Assembly: GCA_963665645.2 (NCBI GenBank)
Contig: CAXXQN010000010.1
Coordinates: 42,683 to 106,682 of the forward strand
DNA: 64,000 nucleotides
Direction: 5' to 3'
DNA from: Anaerovoracaceae bacterium
Lineage (GTDB): Bacteria > Bacillota > Clostridia > Peptostreptococcales > Anaerovoracaceae
In this document: positions 1 to 10,205 of the stretch, in pieces
Position numbering within the stretch: position 1 is the stretch's first letter
How the letters are laid out: each line of letters opens with the position of its first letter
Translations under genes and position numbers: made by a program
The notes under the pieces: generated by a model
Told to the model about the DNA's origin: nothing
Database searches by the model: none
The model's input: the letters and a program-made list of their open reading frames with translations, nothing else

Positions 1-2
1 TC

Positions 3-458
3 GATCTCTTTGTTGGTCACGAAACATACCTTGTGAAAATACTCGATCTTGGAAGATCCGGTAACAAGCCTAGAAAGGATTTTGTCTTTGCAACGCAGAT
101 GTTTGAATTCATCAGCTATTTTTATGATGACTATTTCAAACGGGAAGATGCATATCCTGAGAACGTGAGCACTGAAGATGCAAAAGCAATTTTAAGCGCG
201 TATCTGGAAAGCTATGATCATAATGACGATCAAACCCAGTGGTTTAATAAAATCCGTGAAATTGCAACCACAAATGGGTATGCTGCAAAACCGAAAGATT
301 ACAAAAAGAATCCGGGACTATATAAAGGACACGTAGGAGACGTAAGCACTGTAATTCGTATTGCCCTAATGGGAAGATCCATGTCCCCTGACATTTGGGA
401 GATCCAACAAATTCTCGGAGAAAGAAAGACAAAAGAAAGAATTCATGAAGTTTTGTAA
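3..458 (+). CDS. gltX: glutamate--tRNA ligase, C-terminal fragment (5' end upstream of window)
   Basis: The frame is open from nt 3 (DLFVGHETYLVKILDLG...), so the Met at 33 is internal. The tail resembles the C-terminal anticodon-binding region of Firmicute GluRS. Recognised by eye only. Confidence 0.5.
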   Translation, partial: DLFVGHETYLVKILDLGRSGNKPRKDFVFATQMFEFISYFYDDYFKREDAYPENVSTEDAKAILSAYLESYDHNDDQTQWFNKIREIATTNGYAAKPKDYKKNPGLYKGHVGDVSTVIRIALMGRSMSPDIWEIQQILGERKTKERIHEVL

Positions 459-527
459 CACATTTCAATCCCTCTTCATAAATTATATTAAAAATCAATT
501 ATTTTTATAGAAGCAGGTGATTAAAAA

Positions 528-632
528 ATGTCAGATGGATGTGGACTCCTTGGTGGAGAGGGAATTGATACCAGCTTACTATTCTTCTTCTTGTTACTGG
601 TAATCATATTCTGTAACTGTTACACAAGATAG
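528..632 (+). CDS. 34-aa Gly/Cys-rich peptide with hydrophobic tail, YjcZ-like sporulation peptide (absent from ORF track, under 60 aa)
   Basis: ATG at 528 lies 8 nt after GGTGA. Translation is MSDGCGLLGGEGIDTSLLFFFLLLVIIFCNCYTR, stop TAG at 630-632, followed directly by a strong terminator. Confidence 0.4.
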   Translation: MSDGCGLLGGEGIDTSLLFFFLLLVIIFCNCYTR

Positions 633-668
633 AAAAGTTTGCCCGCGGGCAAACTTTTTCTTTTTTTG
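633..668 (+). terminator. intrinsic terminator
   Basis: AAAAGTTTGCCC-GC-GGGCAAACTTTT stem followed by a T-run. Confidence 0.7.
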
Positions 669-756
669 AAGAAAGTCTTATACTTTCTGTTTTCTCAAGT
701 GAAATCATTTAATGCAATTTTATTTAGCTAATGATTGGATTCAGTTAACATGATTC

Positions 757-1944
757 TTATTCCGTTAAATACTCTTTTGTTAACCGCCCCAGGATCGTCA
801 TCCCCTTTATGATTTCCTCACACTTCAGATTTGAAAAATTTAATCTCAGCTCATTATTCTTGACTCCGCTTGGGTAAAAAGACCCTCCCGGTATAAAGGC
901 GACTTTTTCCGCCATAGCTCTTTTGAGAAGTTCTCGAGAATCCTTATTTCCCGGAAGCTCCAGCCAAATAAAGAGTCCGCCTCTTGGAACCACATAATGC
1001 ACCTCTTTTGGAAATTCTCTGTCGATTACATCCATCATGACGTCTCTTCGTTCTTTGTATAAACTTGAGATCCATTTGATATGAGCGTCCAAATCATTAT
1101 TTTGAAGATAATTCGCCATCTGCCTCTGTGCAATCGCTGAAGAGGACAGATCTGCCGCATTTTTTAAAATCAGATACTTTTTCATCAAGCTTTCTCTTGC
1201 GCACAGCCATGCGACCCGAAGACCCGGGCAGAAGGTTTTGGAAAAAGTTCCTACATATACAACCTGTCCTTTTTTATCGTAATAACTTAAAGGGTTTTCC
1301 AGCTTATCCTCAAAGGATAGTTCCGAATATGCTGCATCCTCAATCACTGGAATATCATAGCCAGATATAAATGTAACAAATTCTTTTCGCCTCTCTTCAG
1401 ACCAGCTTCTTCCCGTAGGATTTTGAAAGTCAGGGATTACATAAATCAGCTTCACACGGTCACCGTATTGATCCAGTGCCTGTTCCAAAGAATCTATGAT
1501 CAATCCCTCTCGATCGGTAGGCAGAGCAACCAGCTCCGCTTCATAAGCTTTCAACGCATTGACTGCCCCCAGATAAGAAGGCGTTTCAAATAGCACCACG
1601 TCCCCTTTATTGATAAACAGCATGCTGCTCATGTCCAGAGCCTGCTGTGATCCACTGGTGATAATCACTTCATCTATCTTATAGTCTACTCTGAATTGAT
1701 TGTGCATTCTCTGAACGATCAATTCCCTCAGCTTTCCGTAGCCACTTGTAGAGCAATAACTCAATGCTTCCTTTCCCTCTCGATCCAAAACCTGGATAAA
1801 GGATTCCTTGATATCCGCAATCGGATAGGTTTCAGACGACGGAAATCCCGCGGAAAAGGAAATCATATCCTCTGTTTCCGTCAATTCCATCGCATTCAAA
1901 AGTGCTTTATCCTGAAGACACTCCATTCTGCTTGCAAATTTCAT
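757..1944 (-). CDS. PLP-dependent aminotransferase, class I/II fold
   Basis: 395 aa. Has the GTFSKTFCPGLRVAW PLP-lysine motif and a typical fold-type I layout. Confidence 0.8.
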   Translation of the reverse strand: MKFASRMECLQDKALLNAMELTETEDMISFSAGFPSSETYPIADIKESFIQVLDREGKEALSYCSTSGYGKLRELIVQRMHNQFRVDYKIDEVIITSGSQQALDMSSMLFINKGDVVLFETPSYLGAVNALKAYEAELVALPTDREGLIIDSLEQALDQYGDRVKLIYVIPDFQNPTGRSWSEERRKEFVTFISGYDIPVIEDAAYSELSFEDKLENPLSYYDKKGQVVYVGTFSKTFCPGLRVAWLCARESLMKKYLILKNAADLSSSAIAQRQMANYLQNNDLDAHIKWISSLYKERRDVMMDVIDREFPKEVHYVVPRGGLFIWLELPGNKDSRELLKRAMAEKVAFIPGGSFYPSGVKNNELRLNFSNLKCEEIIKGMTILGRLTKEYLTE

Positions 1945-1974
1945 TCTTGTTCACCTTTCTAAAGGAATCTATTT

Positions 1975-3225
1975 TTATAAGTTCCAACTGTTTAAATATT
2001 TTTCCTGTTCCGGTGTAAGCTGATCAATTTCAATGCCCCAGGCTTCCAGCTTTCTTCTCGCGACAACATCATCGATTTCGTCCGAAACATCAATCACCTT
2101 ATTCCCAAATTTGCCCTTGTTGTTCAAAATATATAATGCAGAGAGGCACTGAACCGCAAAGCTCATGTCCATAATTTCAGCAGGATGTCCGTCAGCCGCC
2201 GCAATATTGACCAATTTACCTTCCCCGATAACATTGACCCATTTTCCGTTTGCCAGCTTATAACCCATGACATTCTTTCTGGTTTCCTTCTTCTCTGCCG
2301 CTGCCGCTTCCAGACCTGCCATGTCAACTTCCACATTAAAGTGGCCTGCATTGGTCAAAATCGCCCGATCCTTCATGGTAAGCATATGTTCCACAGTTAT
2401 CACCTGGCTGCAACCTGTCGCTGCAACAAAGATATCTCCATGAGGTGCCGCTTGTTTCATGGTCATAACATCATAACCATCCATTCTGGCTTCAATCGCC
2501 TTGACCGGATCGATTTCAGTAACGATTACCTTTGCACCCAATGCGTCGGCCCTCATTGCAATCCCCCTGCTGCACCAGCCGTAACCGGCTACAACAACGG
2601 TCTTTCCAGCCACAATCAAATTTGTATTTCTCATAATGCTGTCCCAAACAGACTGGCCAGTGCCATAACGATTATCAAACAAATGCTTGCACTGGGCATC
2701 ATTGACTGCAACCATTGGAAATTTAAGAATTCCTTCCTTCTCCATGGCTTTCAGTCTGATCACACCCGTTGTCGTCTCCTCACAGCCACCCCAAACCTCT
2801 TCTCCAAGTTCAGGTCTTGTGCTGTGAATCAATCCCACCAAATCTCCGCCGTCATCAATAATAATATTAGGCTTATGGGACAATGCCATTTCAATATGTC
2901 TGTCATATTCTTCAGCAGTCGCATTGTGATATGCATAGACCTTCATTCCTGTCACAGCCAAAGCTGCCGCCACATCATCCTGCGTTGAAAGGACATTGCT
3001 GCCTGTGACAGACATATCTGCACCCCCTGCCGCCAATACCTCGCAAAGATAGGCCGTCTTTGCTTCAAGATGTACAGAAAGGGAAACCTTTACCCCTCGA
3101 AAGGGTTTCTCTTTTAAAAACTGTGCTTCCAGTCCATTCAGGATTGGCATGTTATTTTTTACCCATTCTATTTTCTGTCGACCCATAGGAGCAAGTCCAA
3201 TATCTCTAATTTCATTCTGCTTCAT
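1975..3225 (-). CDS. ahcY: adenosylhomocysteinase
   Basis: 416 aa. Has the VSLSVHLEAKTA motif, NAD-binding VVVAGYGWCSRG, and a C-terminal AhcY-type tail. Confidence 0.9.
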   Translation of the reverse strand: MKQNEIRDIGLAPMGRQKIEWVKNNMPILNGLEAQFLKEKPFRGVKVSLSVHLEAKTAYLCEVLAAGGADMSVTGSNVLSTQDDVAAALAVTGMKVYAYHNATAEEYDRHIEMALSHKPNIIIDDGGDLVGLIHSTRPELGEEVWGGCEETTTGVIRLKAMEKEGILKFPMVAVNDAQCKHLFDNRYGTGQSVWDSIMRNTNLIVAGKTVVVAGYGWCSRGIAMRADALGAKVIVTEIDPVKAIEARMDGYDVMTMKQAAPHGDIFVAATGCSQVITVEHMLTMKDRAILTNAGHFNVEVDMAGLEAAAAEKKETRKNVMGYKLANGKWVNVIGEGKLVNIAAADGHPAEIMDMSFAVQCLSALYILNNKGKFGNKVIDVSDEIDDVVARRKLEAWGIEIDQLTPEQEKYLNSWNL

Positions 3226-3357
3226 ACGATATCCTCCGTTTATGCCTTTTCCAATTAGGAAAAGGGGCTTGTTATTAGAATTACACTAATAACATATATA
3301 CCATAATTTCCATGTAAAGTAAAGACGAGCCCGCCTAAAGACAAAGGAACTTATAGC

Positions 3358-3396
3358 AAAAAAAATACCTCCTATGGCGATCGGATAGAAGGTATT
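3358..3396 (-). terminator. intrinsic terminator after the M48 peptidase gene
   Basis: On the minus strand, ACCTTCTAT-n9-ATAGGAGGT (9 bp, one G-U) is followed by U8. Confidence 0.75.
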
Positions 3397-3407
3397 GTTT
3401 CCTCTTT

Positions 3408-3959
3408 TCAAATTATTATCAATTCAACCTGATGCTGAAACTCCTTGAGCTTTTTTCTTCTTGATCTGTAGTCAGGCATAATCTGCTCCACAATAGCCCA
3501 AAAGTCTGCGGAATGATTCATTTCTTTCCGATGCGCAAGCTCATGTACAACCACATAATCAATGAGTTCTTCCGGAGCGAAAATCAAGCGGTATGTAAAA
3601 TTGACATCTCCCCTATGATTGCAGGAACCCCATCTGGTCTTTGCACCATTCACCTTTACCGAGGTTGGTTTCAGTCCCATTTGTCCTGAAAAGTGCTGAC
3701 ATTTTTGCTGAAAGTAAACCTTGGCCTGTTTCTTATACTGCGCTTCTTCGCTGGTGGTCAACCGGATGATTTTCTTGGCCGCCTGTCTTTTCGCAATCTT
3801 GTTTCTAGTGTTCAAAATCCAATCCTGTTTTTGTTTCACAAAGCCGTCAATATACGCCTTGCTTGCCGCAAGCGGTGCCCGGACCTCGATTCTGCCGTCC
3901 TGCCTTACATAAAGAGCCAGTGTTTTTCTTTTGGTTCGTATTAATTCATATTCCAGCAT
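3408..3959 (-). CDS. M48-family (YgjP/DUF45-like) metallopeptidase
   Basis: HExxH motif VVHELAHRKEMNH. Start moved to the internal Met (MLEYELIRTKRK) because the longer ORF overlaps the upstream gene, which stops at 3961. Confidence 0.75.
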   Translation of the reverse strand: MLEYELIRTKRKTLALYVRQDGRIEVRAPLAASKAYIDGFVKQKQDWILNTRNKIAKRQAAKKIIRLTTSEEAQYKKQAKVYFQQKCQHFSGQMGLKPTSVKVNGAKTRWGSCNHRGDVNFTYRLIFAPEELIDYVVVHELAHRKEMNHSADFWAIVEQIMPDYRSRRKKLKEFQHQVELIII

Positions 3960-3960
3960 A

Positions 3961-4512
3961 TTAATTGGTAAATGTATCATTTGTAAAAGGAGATTGCGTA
4001 TCGACATGTCCCATAAGCGTTTCCGGAACTTCTCCATCGATCAGAAATTGTACCTGTTTTACTTCATCAAAAGAATTGATCAAAGTATCAACAATCTGAC
4101 TGATTAAAAAAGATTCGTCCAGAGAGCTTCCACTCAGACCATCGCTGTTCATGTCAACGTAAACCGTCTCTCCTTCCAGATAGACCTCGTTAAATTTGAT
4201 CTGTTCATAAAGCATTGTATTATATCCAGCTTCCGGTTCTGTTCTCAATGCTTCCAATGCATCCAGATATACTTCAGCTGGTTTGGAGGTTATCTCTTTC
4301 TCATAAACCTTAAATTTCTCTAAAGATTCATCTCCCGTTACAACATATTCTTCGTTCGCAAAAAATAAAGCAACCCGATATTCCTGTTCCGTAACCGCCC
4401 CGTTATCACTCGAGTCATTCGGTTCTGTATCTTTGCCACAGCCTGTGAAGCTAAACATTCCCAGCGCCAGAATCCCACAAAGCAAAATTAATAATATTCT
4501 TCTGTTTTTCAT
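3961..4512 (-). CDS. GerMN-domain lipoprotein
   Basis: Lipobox LGMFSFTGC, then a GerMN-like domain (VQFLIDGEVPETLMGHVD). Confidence 0.65.
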   Translation of the reverse strand: MKNRRILLILLCGILALGMFSFTGCGKDTEPNDSSDNGAVTEQEYRVALFFANEEYVVTGDESLEKFKVYEKEITSKPAEVYLDALEALRTEPEAGYNTMLYEQIKFNEVYLEGETVYVDMNSDGLSGSSLDESFLISQIVDTLINSFDEVKQVQFLIDGEVPETLMGHVDTQSPFTNDTFTN

Positions 4513-4526
4513 CTTACATCCCTCTC

Positions 4527-5810
4527 TTACTTAATTGATAAGGCAGGCCTCATTGGGTCTAATACCTCTGATACTTTAAAATAATACTTTTCCAGTTCCT
4601 CTGTCCGTTTATTCATGGAATATCCATCGAGATTTACCCTTGGCATTACAATATTATCGGAATTCACCGTAATGCTTCGCCCGTTGCCCACAGGGCAATA
4701 GATTTGATAGCCCTTCTCCATCAAATAACGATATCTCTGATCGTTATTTCTAAAATGCACACCAAACGGTGATATATAAATATTGGTCTTCCCTACATAT
4801 GGTGCTATTTTTAAGATCCAGCGATCGGTATCATACCTCATCTGCGCAAGTGTCAGGCTTCCGTCCCGGAAGTAGCCGTTATGTGTATAGCTATGGCAGG
4901 CAAAGCTCCATCCGTTTGATTTCATGCTATCTGCAATTTGCTTCACGGTCTGCTGCCATTCTGCTTCCTGCGGCAGCCCGTCGGTGATTCGATAACCCAA
5001 GGCGCCTTGATATCCTGTCAATGCGATGGTTCCTTTTGCCCCTCTCCAGGAAAATCCAGGATGAGCTTCTACATAATCATCCAGAATCGGCATAACATCC
5101 CCATCTCTAGTCAGCGTGGTTTCGCCCTCTGGCGTGATCACCTCAGTCCATACTCTTGCATCATCTCCCAAAACCAGCCGGTTTGCAAAACCATCGGGCC
5201 TCATGTAATCATAGTAATTCACATCGTCAATAGAAATAACCAATGGAATTTTTCCAGGCGGCAAATAGATGTCTTTTAACTTGATTTTTCCCGGGTTCTC
5301 AGCATCCGGTTCTATGTATTCCGACAAGGGATAAAGAATATACCCTCTTGCCTCCAGTCTCGGAAGCATTTTTTTAAACTCGCTCACCGTTGTCATCCAC
5401 ATGTTATAGCCTTGCGCGGGGTGACCCCTATCATCAAACGCCAGCTCTGGATAGATAATCAGACTGTGAAAAAACACATGCTCGACTGCCCCCTCATATT
5501 TTACAAGAGAACCTTTTGCTTTTTCGATTTCCTCAATTTTTAATGTAATTGCATCATTTGTAGCAGTAGTAATCATAGCCGGTTCGGATTTTAATAAATC
5601 TACGGCTTCTTCATAAAAGTATCCTTCGAATAGTTTTTCGGCTTCCGTTAGCTTTTCCTGTTTTAGGCTTTCCTGCTCGCGTTCTACTCGCTCCGCCTCC
5701 TTCGCCTCTTCATAAGCAGCAGCGGCTCTCGGCTGATGTATGATCAAAACAGCTGATATAATGATTGCAATCAATCCTAAAACGATTGCAGCTTTCATGT
5801 GTTTTTCCAT
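4527..5810 (-). CDS. membrane-anchored polysaccharide deacetylase family protein
   Basis: N-terminal TM segment and a NodB-like CHSYTH motif. Start placed at MEKHMK, which has a G-rich RBS 5 nt upstream. Confidence 0.6.
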   Translation of the reverse strand: MEKHMKAAIVLGLIAIIISAVLIIHQPRAAAAYEEAKEAERVEREQESLKQEKLTEAEKLFEGYFYEEAVDLLKSEPAMITTATNDAITLKIEEIEKAKGSLVKYEGAVEHVFFHSLIIYPELAFDDRGHPAQGYNMWMTTVSEFKKMLPRLEARGYILYPLSEYIEPDAENPGKIKLKDIYLPPGKIPLVISIDDVNYYDYMRPDGFANRLVLGDDARVWTEVITPEGETTLTRDGDVMPILDDYVEAHPGFSWRGAKGTIALTGYQGALGYRITDGLPQEAEWQQTVKQIADSMKSNGWSFACHSYTHNGYFRDGSLTLAQMRYDTDRWILKIAPYVGKTNIYISPFGVHFRNNDQRYRYLMEKGYQIYCPVGNGRSITVNSDNIVMPRVNLDGYSMNKRTEELEKYYFKVSEVLDPMRPALSIK

Positions 5811-5850
5811 GTAGACCCCCCCCAATGCCTTTTGATAAAGCTTCTCTAGT

Positions 5851-6426
5851 TTAAGACGATCTTTTCATCGATATTGTTCCTTCCTGCTTCATGGGAAAAT
5901 TAACCGTTTCATTCAATCTGATATGAATGTCTTTCAAATGTGGTGCACCTAATATTGCAACCTGAAAACGCAAACTCGGCGTATCAATATGCCGATTATA
6001 TGAATCAATGAAATAATTATATTGCTCACTCTGTATTTCGATTTCCTCTTCCAATTCCATCAAGTTGTTTTTTAATTCAAGGTATTCCCTATCGTTTTTT
6101 AAATCAGAATTTTCATCAACACATTCAAAAAGCTTGTCCAATAGTGGCGTGACATTTTCAGCACATGCACTGATTATTTCTCGATCCTCAGATTTGCAAT
6201 ATCCCCCGCCAAGCTCATAAATCTCAGATAAAAGATCTCCTGCCTCAAGATTATTTTCATCAGCCAGTTCCAATAGCTGCATAATGTATTGGGAACGCGT
6301 TTGAAGAAGGGCATCTATCCTAACCCACTGCGTTCGTACGTCTTTTTTGTACTTCTGCATCTTGCCGAAGGCTGCCTGCATCCATGCAAAAACGACCATA
6401 ATAATCCCTAAAATAATATACAGCAT
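5851..6426 (-). CDS. LemA-family membrane protein
   Basis: N-terminal TM segment and LemA-like segments (RTQWVRIDALLQTRSQYI ... YNYFIDSYNRHIDT). Confidence 0.55.
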   Translation of the reverse strand: MLYIILGIIMVVFAWMQAAFGKMQKYKKDVRTQWVRIDALLQTRSQYIMQLLELADENNLEAGDLLSEIYELGGGYCKSEDREIISACAENVTPLLDKLFECVDENSDLKNDREYLELKNNLMELEEEIEIQSEQYNYFIDSYNRHIDTPSLRFQVAILGAPHLKDIHIRLNETVNFPMKQEGTISMKRSS

Positions 6427-6616
6427 GCCTTTTTTATCTCCTTATCTTCCTATCGGATATCTTATATCAAACAGTTGTATATTATTAATTTTATCATTTT
6501 TTTAATTCGCTAGCGAGTAATTTTTTATTAACTTTACTATTTTACTGAACTTGATCTTCCTTATTCCAAATATGGGGAAACACGAATCCCCTCTTGTTTC
6601 CAATTTTTTCAGAATA

Positions 6617-9298
6617 TTAATGTACCTCTTTCAGCGGAAGCTTAAACGAAAACTCCGCTCCCCCTTCTTCTCGATTGGCGGCTTCCATTTTCCCCCGATG
6701 TGCTTTTATGATCGACTTGCAGATAGAAAGACCGATTCCCATTCCTCTTGCAGAATCAGAACTTTGCTTTCCATTAGGAATATCACTCTCAAATAAATAC
6801 GGAAAGTCCTCCTCTGCAATCCCTTCTCCGTTATCAAGGACTTTAAATACCGCGTACTTTCCTTCTGTTTTCACATCCACCTCGACAAACGAATCTTCCG
6901 CAGAATGTTCGAGCCCGTTCTCAAGAAGGTTAATCAAAACCTGTTCAATTAACGTCCCGTCCATAGGAACCATCAACTGCTTTTCCGGTGTACAAACTGA
7001 TATTTCTCGATTCGGATATCTTTTGCGCATATGGCTAACCGCTTCTGCTACAATCTTCTCCGCCGCCTCCGGTGATTTCAAAACATTCATTGATCCCTCA
7101 TTGATTCGTGTGACAGACAGAAGATTTTCAAACATGCGTATCAGCCACTTTGAATCCTCCATAATATTGGAGACTAATTTATCATGAATATCCTTGTCCA
7201 CACAGTCTTTATTTTCCAGAATTGCAGAGCTTGCATCTAAAATACCAATAAGCGGCGTACGGAGATCATGGGATATGGCTCGAAGCAAATTACTTCTCAT
7301 CTTTCCCTTTTCCGACTCGATGATAATTCTGCGCTGTTCGTCTGACAAATATTGACGTTCCAAGGCCATAGCAACCTGAGAAGCCAGCATTCTCAAAAAC
7401 AGACGGCCATTTTGATCCAGCTTGCCGCCAGCACAGGAAACACCGATAACACCAAGAACTTTTGCTTGTGAAATAATCGGGATATAGTGAGCTCCCGCTC
7501 CCATCCTCGTATCCGTACCGACACCCGCACGTTTTTTATTAAGATATACCCAATGGACAACCGTTCGCTCATCCTTTTGATTTAGATACGATGCGTCCGG
7601 ATCCGAAGGCGATTCCATGATTGTTCCCAAAGGCCCACTTTCTTCCGGATCCTGCGTATAAAAAATTACCGAGCGATCGAATATCTTCGTAATATATTCA
7701 TTCGTCAAAGCCACAATGTTTTCAAGCCCTCTGGTAATTAAAAGCTTTTTATTGATTTCATATAGAGTTTTTGTACGGTGTTCTCTTTCCACAGAATGCC
7801 TTACCTGCGTTTTAATACGAACAGTCATTGTACTTGTAATAAATGCTGCAAGAAGCATAATCACAAACGTAACAGGATAGCCCGGCTGTATCGCATTAAA
7901 AGAATAAAACGGGACGGTAAAGAAAAAGTTGAATAACAGTACGCTCAAGACAGAAGCTGCCATACCGTACAAATGTCCCATAGTGATTCTTGAAATAATC
8001 AATACAGACAAAATAAGCACCATGATTACGTTTTGATCTCCGATATTTATCGTACGCAACCCCACAGAAAGCAGGGTCGCCGCAGCAAGAATTCCTATGG
8101 TTTTTAATGCATCAATCCACGACAGATACAAATTTTCTGTAATGCGTATTCTTCTATGCACTCGATAAGGTTTATAAGGTATTTCCGGTATCATATGGAT
8201 TTCTACATCAGGCAGCAAAGAAACAAGCTTATCTTCCAAATCAGTTTCAAATAAACTTTTCAACGTTTTTCTGCTTCTATTTTTCCCTATTACAATATTT
8301 GTAACCCCTGAATTCTTGCTATATTCCACTATGGCAGACGTTATATCATAACCATTCAGCCTTACAGTCTCAGCTCCCAGCCGTTTCGCCAAATCTAAAT
8401 TTACCTGTACATCCGCTTCCTTATCACCCTTCATATCATCCACATATAAAGCAACCCATGGTGCATGAAATGCTTCTGCGGTTCTTGCCGTCCATCGAAC
8501 TAATTTGGCAGAAGATTCTGCCGCACTGACGCAAACAAGCAGCTTCATACTGACAACCTTTTCTGCCGTACATTTTTCGCACTGGTTATCGTGGCTAATT
8601 CTATCTGCTGCTTTTCGCATGGCAATTTCTCTCAGAAGCTTCAAATTTTCTTTTGCGAAAAAGAATTTCATTGTAGCATCGGCTCTTGCCGGTCGATAGA
8701 TCTTACCTTCCTCAAAGCGCTTTAACAGTTCGTCCGGTGAAAAATCTACAATCTCTACAGTATCGGCATGATCAAAAATATAATCAGGAACGGTTTCCTT
8801 CACGGCAACTCTAGTGATCTTCTCTATCACATCATTCAGGCTTTCAATATGCTGAACATTTACCGTTGTATAAACATCAATCCCGGCATTCAAAAGTTCT
8901 TCAATATCCTGGTAACGTTTTTTATTTCGCATTTCCGATGCATTTGCGTGTGCGAGTTCATCTACCAAAATCAGTTCTGGCTTTCGATCAAGTGCCGCAT
9001 CTAAATCAAATTCTTTCAACTGGATACTTCCATGCTGAATCTCTTTCAGCGGCAGCACAGGCAACCCTTCAATCAATTGCATCGCTTCCGGACGGGTATG
9101 AGGTTCCACATATCCTACTAAAACGTCCACCTCGCTTTTTAGTCTTTCATGTGCATCGTCAAGCATTGCATAAGTCTTGCCCACCCCAGAGGCATAGCCA
9201 AGAAAAATTTTCAGCCTTCCTTTTTTCTTATGTCCATTAGAATGAATTGTATCTATAGGAATGTCCGTATTGGGACGTTGTTTTTTTTGATCTAACAT
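6617..9298 (-). CDS. kdpD: sensor histidine kinase KdpD (KdpD N-domain, Usp, TM, GAF, HisKA, HATPase)
   Basis: 893 aa. Has the GYASGVGKTYAM P-loop, a four-TM block, H-box ISHDLRTPL, and a G-box GMGIGLSICK. Confidence 0.85.
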   Translation of the reverse strand: MLDQKKQRPNTDIPIDTIHSNGHKKKGRLKIFLGYASGVGKTYAMLDDAHERLKSEVDVLVGYVEPHTRPEAMQLIEGLPVLPLKEIQHGSIQLKEFDLDAALDRKPELILVDELAHANASEMRNKKRYQDIEELLNAGIDVYTTVNVQHIESLNDVIEKITRVAVKETVPDYIFDHADTVEIVDFSPDELLKRFEEGKIYRPARADATMKFFFAKENLKLLREIAMRKAADRISHDNQCEKCTAEKVVSMKLLVCVSAAESSAKLVRWTARTAEAFHAPWVALYVDDMKGDKEADVQVNLDLAKRLGAETVRLNGYDITSAIVEYSKNSGVTNIVIGKNRSRKTLKSLFETDLEDKLVSLLPDVEIHMIPEIPYKPYRVHRRIRITENLYLSWIDALKTIGILAAATLLSVGLRTINIGDQNVIMVLILSVLIISRITMGHLYGMAASVLSVLLFNFFFTVPFYSFNAIQPGYPVTFVIMLLAAFITSTMTVRIKTQVRHSVEREHRTKTLYEINKKLLITRGLENIVALTNEYITKIFDRSVIFYTQDPEESGPLGTIMESPSDPDASYLNQKDERTVVHWVYLNKKRAGVGTDTRMGAGAHYIPIISQAKVLGVIGVSCAGGKLDQNGRLFLRMLASQVAMALERQYLSDEQRRIIIESEKGKMRSNLLRAISHDLRTPLIGILDASSAILENKDCVDKDIHDKLVSNIMEDSKWLIRMFENLLSVTRINEGSMNVLKSPEAAEKIVAEAVSHMRKRYPNREISVCTPEKQLMVPMDGTLIEQVLINLLENGLEHSAEDSFVEVDVKTEGKYAVFKVLDNGEGIAEEDFPYLFESDIPNGKQSSDSARGMGIGLSICKSIIKAHRGKMEAANREEGGAEFSFKLPLKEVH

Positions 9299-9519
9299 TT
9301 ATTCACCACCTTAGATACATTATATTACTCGCTTTCTCGAAATCCATCAAGTACAAAATTGGCTTTTCCTGCATTTGAAGCAGATGAGCAGGGCATTCGG
9401 CTGTCACAAATCATCTTAACAAATCATAAAAATAGATAAACATAAGGTTTATCATTCAAGTATTTTTTATCAATAAGCAATCCCTGGTCTTGTAATTTTG
9501 TCAAGAGAAAGGATTTTTT

Positions 9520-10149
9520 ATGAACAAGCTGGTTATTATAGGAGCCGGCGGTTTTGGCCGCGAAGTGGCTTGGCTGGTCGAACGAATCAACAACGCCAAA
9601 CCCACGTGGGAATTATTGGGATTTATTGAAAACACACCAGACCTACAAGGTTCTGTGATTGGCGGTTACCCCGTCATTGGTGATGATACGTGGCTAAAGA
9701 AAAACAGCAATGACCTCTATGCCGTCTGTGCTATTGGAACCGCTGAAACAAGAAAAAAAATAATAGAAAAGTACGATGACGTCAAATTTGCTACATTAAT
9801 TGATCCAAGCGTTATTTTGTCTAATAAGATAACGCTTGGTGATAGTTGTATCATTTGTGCGGGATCAATCTTGACTGTTGATATCACGATTGGATCACAC
9901 GTCATCATTAATCTGGATTGTACGATTGGACATGATGCCGTTTTGAAAGATTTTGTTACGCTTTATCCGAGCGTGAATATCTCTGGAAAAGCAATTATTG
10001 GCGAATGCGTTGAATTGGGAACCGGAAGCCAAATCATTCAAGGCTTAACGGTGGGTGATCACACCATCATTGGAGCCGCCTCTGTCGTTGTCAAAGATAT
10101 TCCAGCCCACTGCACTGCTGTAGGCTGTCCTGCCGTGCCGATTCCATAA
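9520..10149 (+). CDS. NeuD/PglB-type hexapeptide sugar O-/N-acetyltransferase
   Basis: N-terminal Rossmann-like VIIGAGGFGREV followed by left-handed beta-helix hexapeptide repeats. Confidence 0.7.
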   Translation: MNKLVIIGAGGFGREVAWLVERINNAKPTWELLGFIENTPDLQGSVIGGYPVIGDDTWLKKNSNDLYAVCAIGTAETRKKIIEKYDDVKFATLIDPSVILSNKITLGDSCIICAGSILTVDITIGSHVIINLDCTIGHDAVLKDFVTLYPSVNISGKAIIGECVELGTGSQIIQGLTVGDHTIIGAASVVVKDIPAHCTAVGCPAVPIP

Positions 10150-10205
10150 GTCAAACTTTATAGTTAACAAAATATTCCGGGATTAAGTCCCGTCTTATCC
10201 GAAAT

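Noticed and set aside
2185-2988. 267-aa plus-strand ORF, with similar long antisense ORFs at 23217-23921, 53315-53920 and 6675-7187.
   Set aside because: Each lies fully inside and antisense to a strongly supported gene (ahcY, recD2, the PdxA-family gene, kdpD) and has low-complexity, Cys/His/Phe-rich translations typical of antisense frames.
3226-3357. Possible SAH/SAM riboswitch in the ahcY leader.
   Set aside because: I see only a plausible promoter (TTTACT-17-TATATA on the minus strand) and one simple hairpin (CCTTTTCC-n5-GGAAAAGG). I do not recognise a SAH riboswitch pseudoknot consensus.
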